Assembly: GCA_964016885.1 (NCBI GenBank) | Contig: OZ024741.1 | Span: forward strand, 108,376,001 to 108,440,000 | DNA from: Eledone cirrhosa | Taxonomy: Eukaryota | DNA length: 64,000 bases | Direction: 5' to 3' | Shown: piece by piece, positions 55,001 through 64,000 of the stretch | Layout of the letters: every line of letters begins with the position of its first letter | Numbering within the stretch: position 1 is the stretch's first letter | Translations under genes and position numbers: made by a program | Notes under the pieces: model-generated | Seen by the model: only the letters and a program-made list of their open reading frames with translations | Told to the model about the DNA's origin: nothing | The model's database searches: none

Positions 55001-56079
55001 CAGTGGTGATGGTATTGATGGTTGTGATGATGTTGGTGGTGGTGACAGTGGTGATGGTAGTGATGGTTGTGATGATGTTGTTGTTGGTGGTGACAGTGGT
55101 GATGGTAGTGATGGTTGTGATGATGTTGGTGGTGGTGACAGTGGTGATGGTAGTGATGGTTGTGATGATGTTGGTGGTGGTGGTGACAGTGGTGATGGTA
55201 GTGGAGGTTGTGATGATGTTGGTGGTGGTGGTGACAGTGGTGATGGTATTGATGGTTGTGATGATGTTGGTGGTGGTGACAGTGGTGATGGTAGTGATGG
55301 TTGTGATGATGTTGTTGTTGGTGCTGGTGACAGTGGTGATGGTAGTGCTGGTTGTGATGATGTTGGTGGTGGTGATGACAGTGGTGATGGTATTGATGGT
55401 TGTGATGATGTTGGTGGTGGTGACAGTGGTGATGGTAGTGATGGTTGTGATGTTGTTGGTGGTGGTGACAGTGGTGATGGTAGTGATGGTTGTGATGATG
55501 TTGGTGGTGGTGGTGACCATGGTGATGGTAGTGATGGTTGTGATGATGTTGGTGGTGGTGACAGTGGTGATGGTAGTGATGGTTGTGATGATGTTGGTGG
55601 TGGTGGTGACAGTGGTGACGGTAGTGGTGGTTGTGATGTTGTTGTTGGTGGTGGTGACAGTGGTGATGGTAGTGAAGGTTGTGATGATGTTGGTGGTGGT
55701 GACAGTGGTGATGGTAGTGATGGTTGTGATGATGTTGGTGGTGGTGGTGACAGTGGTGATGGTAGTGATGGTTGTGATGATGTTGGTGGTGGTGACAGTG
55801 GTGATGGTAGTGATGGTTGTGATGATGTTGTTGGTGGTGACAGTGGGGATGATAGTGATGGTTGTGATGTTGTTGTTGTTGGTGGTGACAGTGGTGATGG
55901 TAGTGATGGTTGTGATGATGTTGGTGGTGGTTGTGACAGTGGTGATGGTAGTGATGGTTGTGATGATGTTGTTGTTGGTGGTGGTGACAGTGGTGATGGT
56001 AGTGATGGTTGTGATGTTGTTGTTGGTGGTGACAGTGGTGATTGTAGTGATGGTTGTGATGATGTTGGTGGTGGTGGTG

Positions 56080-57567
56080 ACAGTGGTGATGGTAGTGATG
56101 GTTGTGATGATGTTGTTGTTGGTGGTGACAGTGGTGATGCTAGTGATGGTTGTGATGATGTTGGTGGTGGTGGTGACAGTGGTGATGGTAGTGATGGTTG
56201 TGATGTTGTTGGTGGTGGTGGTGACGGTGGTGAAGGTAGTGATGGTTGTGATGTTGTTGTTGTTGGTGGTGACAGTGGTGATGGTAGTGATGGTTGTGAT
56301 GATGTTGTTGTTGGTGGTGGTGACAGTGGTGATGGTAGTGATGGTTGTGATGTTGTTGTTGTTGGTGGTGACAGTGGTGATGGTAGTGATGGTTGTGATG
56401 AAGTTGGTGGTGGTGGTGACAGTGGTGATGGTAGTGATGGTTGTGATGATGTTGGTGGTGGTGGTGACAGTGGTGATGGTAGTGATGGTTGTGATGATGT
56501 TGGTGGTGGTGACAGTGGTGATGGTATTGATGGTTGTGATGTTGGTGGTGGTGATGACAGTGGTGATGGTAGTGATGGTTGTGATGATGTTGGTGGTGGT
56601 GGTGGTGAGAGTTGTGATGGTAGTGATGGTTGTGATGATGTTGGTGGTGGTGACAGTGGTGATGGTATTGATGGTTGTGATGATGTTGGTGGTGGTGGTG
56701 GTGACAGTGGTGATGGTAGTGATGGTTGTGATGATGTTGGTGGTGGTGGTGACAGTGGTGATGGTAGTGATGGTTGTGATGATGTTGGTGGTGGTGGTGA
56801 CAGTGGTGATGGTAGTGATGGTTGTGATGATGATGGTGGTGGTGGTGACAGTGGTGATGGTAGTGATGGTTGTGATGTTGTTGTTGTTGGTGGTGACAGT
56901 GGTGATGGTAGTGATGGTTGTGATGGTTGTGGTGGTGACAGTGGTGATGGTAGTGATGGTTGTGATGTTGTTGTTGTTGGTGGTGACAGTGGTGATGGTA
57001 GTGATGGTTCTGATGATGTTGGTGGTGGTGGTGACAGTGGTGATGGTAGTGATGGTTGTGATGATGTTGGTGGTGGTGGTGACAGTGGTGATGGTAGTGA
57101 TGGTTGTGATGATGATGGTGGTGGTGGTGACAGTGGTGATGGTAGTGATGGTTGTGTTGTTGTTGTTGGTGGTGACAGTGGTGATGGTAGTGATGGTTGT
57201 GATGATGTTGGTGGTGGTGGTGACAGTGGTGATGGTAGTGATGGTTGTGATGATGATGGTGGTGGTGGTGACAGTGGTGATGGTAGTGATGGTTGTGATG
57301 TTGTTGGTGGTGGTGTTGACAGTGGTGATGGTAGTGATGGTTGTGATGTTGTTGTTCGTGGTGGTGACAGTGGTGATGGTAGTGATGGTTGTGATGATGC
57401 TGGTGGTGGTGGCAGTGGTGATGGTAGTGATGGTTGTGATGATGTTGGTGGTGGTGATGACAGTGGTGATGGCAGTGATGGTTGTGATGATGTTGGTGGT
57501 GGTGATGACAGTGGTGATGGTAGTGATGGTTGTGATGATGTTGTTGGTGGTGGTGACAGTGGTGATG
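56080..57567. repeat. Distal copy of segment 40120-41607
   Basis: Same variant barcode at offset 15,960. Confidence 0.9.
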
Positions 57568-60478
57568 GTAGTGATGGTTGCGATGTTGGTGGTGTTGACA
57601 GTGGTGATGGTAGTGATGGTTGTGATGTTGTTGGTGGTGGTGTTGACAGTGGTGATGGTAGTGATGGTTGTGATGTTGTTGTTGGTGGTGGTGACAGTGG
57701 TGATGGTAGTGATGGTTGTGATGATGTTGGCGGTGGTGGCAGTGGTGATGGTATTGATGGTTGTGATGATGTTGGTGGTGGTGGTGACAGTGGTGATGGT
57801 AGTGATGGTTGTGATGATGTTGGTGGTGGTGACCATGGTGATGGTAGTGATGGTTGTGATGATGTTGGTGGTGGTGACAGTGGTGATGGTAGTGATGGTT
57901 GTGATGATGTTGGTGGTGGTGGTGACAGTGGTGATGGTAGTGGTGGTTGTGATGTTGTTGTTGGTGGTGGTGACAGTGGTGATGGTAGTGAAGGTTGTGA
58001 TGATGTTGGTGGTGGTGACAGTGGTGATGGTAGTGATGGTTGTGATGTTGTTGTTGTTGGTGATAACAGTGGTGATGTTATTGATGGTTGTGATGATGTT
58101 GGTGGTGGTGACAGTGGTGATGGTAGTGATGGTTGTGATGTTGTTGGTGGTGGTGACAGCGGTGAGGGTAGTGATGGTTGTGATGATGTTGGTGGTGGTG
58201 GTGACAGTGGTGATGGTAGTGATGGTTGTGATGATGATGTTGGTGGTGGTGACAGTGGTGATGGTAGTGATGGTTGTGATGATGTTGTTGGTGGTGACAG
58301 TGGTGATGGTAGTGATGGTTGTGATGATGTTGTTGGTGGTGGTGACAGTGGTGTTGGTTGTGATGGTTGTGATGATGTTGGTGGTGGTGGTGACAGTGGT
58401 GATGGTAGTGCTGGTTGTGATGATGTTGGTGGTTGTGGTGACAGTGGTGATGGTATTGATGGTTGTTATGATGTTGTTGGTGGTGACAGTGGTGATGGTA
58501 GTGATGGTTGTGATGATGTTGGTGGTGGTGATGACAGTGGTGATGGTAGTGATGCTTGTGATGATGTTGGTTGTGGTGGTGACAGTGGTGATGGTAGTGG
58601 AGGTTGTGATGATGTTGGTGGTGGTGGTGACAGTGGTGATGGTATTGATGGTTGTGATGATGTTGGTGGTGGTGACAGTGGTGATGGTAGTGATGGTTGT
58701 GATGATGTTGTTGTTGGTGCTGGTGACAGTGGTGATGGTAGTGCTGGTTGTGATGATGTTGGTGGTGGTGATGTCAGTGGTGATGGTATTGATGGTTGTG
58801 ATGATGTTGGTGGTGGTGACAGTGGTGATGGTAGTGATGGTTGTGATGTTGTTGGTGGTGGTGACAGTGGTGATGGTAGTGATGGTTGTGATGATGTTGG
58901 TGGTGGTGGTGACAGTGGTGATGGTAGTGATGGTTGTGATGATGTTGGTGGTGGTGACAGTGGTGATGGTAGTGATGGTTGTGATGATGTTGGTGGTGGT
59001 GGTGACAGTGGTGATGGTAGTGGTGGTTGTGATGTTGTTGTTGGTGGTGGTGACAGTGGTGATGGTATTGATGGTTGTGATGATGTTGGTGGTGGTGACA
59101 GTGGTGATGGTAGTGATGGTTGTGATGATGTTGTTGTTGGTGGTGGTGACAGTGGTGATGGTATTGGTGGTTGTGATGATGTTGGTGGTGGTGGTGACAG
59201 TGGTGATGGTAGTGATGGTTGTGATGATGTTGGTGGTGGTGACAGTGGTGATGGTAGTGATGGTTGTGATGATGTTGGTGGTGGTGGTGACAGTGGTGAT
59301 GGTAGTGATGGTTGTGATGTTGTTGGTGGTGGTGATGACAGTGGTGATGGTATTGATGGTTGTGATGATGTTGGTGGTGGTGACAGTGGTGATGGTAGTG
59401 ATGGTTGTGATGTTGTTGGTGGTGGTGACAGTGGTGATGGTAGTGATGGTTGTGATGTTGTTGTTGGTGGTGGTGACAGTGGTGATGGTAGTGCTGGTTG
59501 TGATGATGTTGGTGGTGGTGATGACAGTGGTGATGGTATTGATGGTTGTGATGATGTTGGTGGTGGTGACAGTGGTGATGGTAGTGATGGTTGTGATGTT
59601 GTTGGTGGTGGTGACAGTGGTGATGGTAGTGATGGGTGTGATGATGTTGGTGGTGGTGGTGACAGTGGTGATGGTAGTGATGGTTGTGATGATGTTGGTG
59701 GTGGTGACAGTGGTGATGGTAGTGATGGTTGTGATGATGTTGGTGGTGGTGGTGACAGTGGTGATGGTAGTGGTGGTTGTGATGTTGTTGTTGGTGGTGG
59801 TGGTGACAGTGGTGATGGTAGTGCTGGTTGTGATGATGTTGGTGGTTGTGGTGACAGTGGTGATGGTATTGATGGTTGTGATGATGTTGTTGGTGGTGAC
59901 AGTGGTGATGGTAGTGATGGTTGTGATGATGTTGGTGGTGGTGATGACAGTGGTGATGGTAGTGATGGTTGTGATGATGTTGGTTGTGGTGGTGACAGTG
60001 GTGATGGTAGTGATGGTTGTGATGTTGTTGTTTGTGGTGGTGGTGACAGTGGTGATGGTAGTGCTGGTTGTGATGATGTTGGTGGTGGTGACAGTGGTGA
60101 TGGTAGTGATGGTTGTGATGATGTTGGTGGTGGTGGTGACAGTGGTGATGGTAGTGATGGTTGTGATGATGTTGTTGGTGGTGGTTGTGACAGTGGTGAT
60201 GGTAGTGCTGGTTGTGATGATGTTGGTGGTGGTGGTGACAGTGGTGATGGTATTGATGGTTGTGATGATGTTGGTGGTGGTGACAGTGGTGATGGTAGTG
60301 ATGGTTGTGATGATGTTGTTGTTGGTGGTGGTGACAGTGGTGATGGTAGTGATGGTTGTGATGATGTTGTTGGTGGTGACAGTGGTGATGGTAGTGATGG
60401 TTGTGATGATGTTGGTGGTGGTGGTGACAGTGGTGATGGTATTGGTGGTTGTGATGATGTTGGTGGTGGTGACAGTGG

Positions 60479-60561
60479 TGATGATAGTGATGGTTGTGAT
60501 GATGTTGTTGGTGGTGACATCACTACCATCAACAACATCATCACAACCATCACTATCATCA
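60479..60561. repeat. Perfect 32 bp inverted repeat (60479-60510 / 60530-60561, 19 bp spacer) produced by a short inverted insertion
   Basis: caacaacatcatcacaaccatcactatcatca is the exact reverse complement of tgatgatagtgatggttgtgatgatgttgttg immediately upstream. Confidence 0.95.
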
Positions 60562-63500
60562 GTGGTAGTGATGGTTGTGATGATGTTGTTGGTGGTAGTG
60601 ATGGTTGTGATGATGTTGTTGTTGGTGGTGGTGACAGTGGTGATGGTAGTGCTGGTTGTGATGATGTTGTTGGTGGTGACAGTGGTGATGGTAGTGATGG
60701 TTGTGATGATGTTGGTGGTGGTGGTGACAGTGGTGATGGTAGTGGTGGTTGTGATGATGTTGGTGGTGGTGACAGTGGTGATGATAGTGATGGTTGTGAT
60801 GATGTTGTTGGTGGTGACAGTGGTGATGGTAATGATGGTTGTGATGATGTTGGTGGTGGTGATGACAGTGGTGATGGTAGTGATGGTTGTGATGATGTTG
60901 TTGGTGGTGACAGTGGTGATGGTAGTGATGGTTGTGATGATGTTGTTGGTGGTGGTGACAGTGGTGATGGTAGTGATGTTTGTGATGATGTTGGTGGTGG
61001 TGGTGACAGTGCTGATGGTAGTGGTGGTTGTGATGATGTTGGTGGTGGTGACAGTGGTGATGGTAGTGATGGTTGTGATGATGTTGGTGGTGGTGATGAC
61101 AGTGGTGATGGTAGTGATGGTTGTGATGATGTTGTTGTTGGTGACAGTGGTGATGGTAGTGATGGTTGTGATGATGTTGGTGGTGGTGGTGACAGTGGTG
61201 ATGGTATTGATGGTTGTGATGTTGTTGGTGGTGGTGGTGACAATGGTGATGGTAGTGATGGTTGTGATGATGTTGGTGGTGGTGGTGACAGTGGTGATGG
61301 TAGTGATGGTTGTGATGAGGTTGTTGGTGGTGACAGTGGTGATGGTAGTGGTGGTTGTGATGATGTTGGTGGTGGTGACAGTGGTGATGGTAGTGATGGT
61401 TGTGATGATGTTGTTGGTGGTGACAGTGGTGATGGTAGTGATGGTTGTGATGATGTTGGTGGTGGTGACAGTGGTGTTGGTTGTGATGGTTGTGATGATG
61501 TTGGTGGTGGTGGTGACAGTGGTGATGGTATTGATGGGTGTGATGATGTTGGTGGTGGTGGTGACAGTGGTGATGGTATTGATGGTTGTGATGATGTTGT
61601 TGGTGGTGACAGTGGTAATGGTAGTGATGGTTGTGATGTTGTTGTTGGTGGTGACAGTGGTGATGGTAGTGATGGTTGTGATGATGTTGGTGGTGGTGGT
61701 GACAGTGGTGATGGTAGTGATGGTTGTGATGATGTTGGTGGTGGTGACAGTGGTGATGGTAGTGATGGTTGTGATGATGTTGGTGGTGGTGGTGACAGTG
61801 GTGATGGTAGTGGTGGTTGTGATGTTGTTGTTGGTGGTGGTGGTGACAGTGGTGATGGTAGTGCTGGTTGTGATGATGTTGGTGGTTGTGGTTACAGTGG
61901 TGATGGTATTGATGGTTGTGATGATGTTGGTGGTGGTGACAGTGGTGATGGTATTGATGGTTGTGATGATGTTGTTGTTGGTGGTGGTGACATTGGTGAT
62001 GGTAGTGCTGGTTGTGATGATGTTGGTGGTGGTGGTGACAGTGGTGATGGTATTGATGGTTGTGATGATGTTGGTGGTGGTGACAGTGGTGATGGTAGTG
62101 ATGGTTGTGATGATGTTGGTGGTGGTGGTGACAGTGGTGATGGTAGTGATGGTTGTGATGATGGTGGTGGTGACAGTGGTGATGGTAGTGATGGTTGTAA
62201 TGATGTTGGTGGTGGTGGTGACAGTGGTGATGGTAGTGGTGGTTGTGATGTTGTTGGTGGTGGTGACAGTGGTGATGGTAGTGATGGTTGTGATGATGTT
62301 GGTGGTGGTGGTGACAGTGGTGATGGTAGTGATGGTTGTGATGATGTTGGTGGTGGTGACAGTGGTGATGGTAGTGATGGTTGTAATGATGTTGGTGGTG
62401 GTGGTGACAGTGGTGATGGTAGTGCTGGTTGTGATGATGTTGGTGGTTGTGGTGACAGTGGTGATGGTATTGATGGTTGTTATGATGTTGTTGGTGGTGA
62501 CAGTGGTGATGGTAGTGATGGTTGTGATGATGTTGGTGGTGGTGATGACAGTGGTGATGGTAGTGATGCTTGTGATGATGTTGGTTGTGGTGGTGACAGT
62601 GGTGATGGTAGTGATGGTTGTGATGTTGTTGTTGGTGGTGGTGGTGACAGTGGTGATGGTAGTGCTGGTTGTGATGATGTTGTTGGTGGTGACAGTGGTG
62701 ATGGTAGTGATGGTTGTGATGATGTTGGTGGTGGTGGTGACAGTGGTGATGGTAGTGGTGGTTGTGATGATGTTGGTGGTGGTGACAGTGGTGATGATAG
62801 TGATGGTTGTGATGATGTTGTTGGTGGTGACAGTGGTGATGGTAGTGATGGTTGTGATGATGTTGGTGGTGGTAATGACAGTGGTGATGGTTGTGATGGT
62901 TGTGATGATGTTGTTTCTGGTGACAGTGGTGATGGTAGTGATGGTTGTGATGATGTTGTTGGTGGTGGTGACAGTGGTGATGGTAGTGATGGTTGTGATG
63001 ATGTTGTTGGTGGTGGTGACAGTGCTGATGGTAGTGGTGGTTGTGATGATGTTGGTGGTGGTGACAGTGGTGATGGTATTGATGGTTGTGATGATGTTGG
63101 TGGTGGTGACAGTGGTGATGGTAGTGATGGTTGTGATGATGTTGGTGGTGGTGATGACAGGGTGATGGTAGTGATGGTTATGATGATGTTGTTGTTGGTG
63201 ACAGTGGTGATGGTAGTGATGGTTGTGATGATGTTGGTGGTGGTGGTGACAGTGGTGATGGTAGTGATGGTTGTGATGTTGTTGGTGGTGGTGGTGACAG
63301 TGGTGATGGTAGTGATGGTTGTGATGATGTTGGTGGTGGTGGTGACAGTGGTGATGGTAGTGATGGTTGTGATGATGTTGGTGGTGGTGACAGTGGTGAT
63401 GGTAGTGATGGTTGTGATGATGTTGGTGGTGGTGGTGACAGTGGTGATGGTAGTGGTGGTTGTGATGTTGTTGTTGGTGGTGGTGGTGACAGTGGTGATG

Positions 63501-64000
63501 GTAGTGCTGGTTGTGATGATGTTGGTGGTTGTGGTGACAGTGGTGATGGTATTGATGGTTGTGATGATGTTGTTGGTGGTGACAGTGGTGATGGTAGTGA
63601 TGGTTGTGATGATGTTGGTGGTGGTGATGACAGTGGTGATGGTAGTGATGGTTGTGATGTTGTTGTTAGTGGTGGTGGTGACAGTGGTGATGGTAGTGCT
63701 GGTTGTGATGATGTTGGTGGTGGTGACAGTGGTGATGGTAGTGATGGTTGTGATGATGTTGGTGGTGGTGGTGACAGTGGTGATGGTAGTGATGGTTGTG
63801 ATGATGTTGTTGGTGGTGGTGGTGACAGTGGTGATGGTAGTGCTGGTTGTGATGATGTTGGTGGTGGTGGTGACAGTGGTGATGGTATTGATGGTTGTGA
63901 TGATGTTGGTGGTGGTGACAGTGGTGATGGTAGTGATGGTTGTGATGATGTTGTTGTTGGTGGTGGTGACAGTGGTGATGGTAGAGCTGGTTGTGATGAT

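Larger units (their letters stand above)
497..64000. repeat. Giant triplet-built satellite array: core GACAGTGGTGATGGTAGTGATGGTTGT + (GAT)1-3(GTT)0-6(GGT)2-5; monomer mostly 45/48/51 bp; continues beyond the window
   Basis: The core recurs every ~42-54 bp from the first GACAGT at 497 to the end of the window, all in one orientation except a ~43 bp inverted patch at 60519-60561. Confidence 0.99.

Noticed and set aside
424-61243. Minus-strand Ser/Pro/Thr ORFs resembling extensins (SPPPP) or mucin PTS domains
   Set aside because: The frame is broken repeatedly by TAA/TGA arising from TAT/CAT variants and by frameshifts. Starts are mostly TTG/ATG point variants, wobble positions are nearly invariant, and there is no signal peptide or unique domain. 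Retained only as a low-probability hypothesis.
441-63165. Plus-strand poly-Val/Met/Leu and GDSGDGSDGCD ORFs (membrane-like or acidic biomineralisation-like proteins)
   Set aside because: They are automatic consequences of NNT triplets. The ORFs swap between the two peptide types at indels, and a TGA stop was amplified six times in the D/G frame.
497-64000. CRISPR-like pattern of a constant ~27-30 bp repeat with variable spacers
   Set aside because: The spacers are 15-27 bp of low-complexity GAT/GTT/GGT runs that recur endlessly rather than unique sequences; there are no cas genes or leader, and the context is eukaryotic microsatellite DNA.
497-64000. Telomeric repeat array (G/T-rich strand)
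   Set aside because: No TTAGGG, TTAGG or TTTAGGG units are present, and kb-scale HORs with inherited point variants indicate recombinational amplification rather than telomerase synthesis.

Overview
This is eukaryotic-type, almost certainly non-coding DNA. A short simple-repeat flank at 1-~330 contains degenerate (GTAT)n, (GGAT)n and (GT)n. Four degenerate ~40 bp proto-units (332-496) then lead into one giant, strand-asymmetric satellite array that runs from ~497 past the end of the window (>63.5 kb, roughly 1,300 monomers, estimated as length/48). The monomer is a 27 bp near-invariant core, GACAGTGGTGATGGTAGTGATGGTTGT, plus a variable tail (GAT)a(GTT)b(GGT)c, usually 45, 48 or 51 bp in total. 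Rare point variants act as barcodes and reveal nested higher-order repeats (HORs): ~1.57 kb and 4,036 bp at 3-15 kb; alternating ~3.4 kb A/B units with a ~6.8-7.3 kb super-period at 16.5-39 kb; a 4,230 bp tandem duplication at 43.6-52.1 kb; and a 15,960 bp long-range copy. There is one short templated fold-back inversion at ~60.5 kb and a duplicated pair of compensating frameshifts. The huge ORFs (up to 15,380 aa) are explained by the NNT triplet structure, which leaves five of six frames nearly stop-free. I can support no protein-coding gene, RNA gene, CRISPR array or mobile element, and I see no evidence of a new functional system beyond the array architecture itself.
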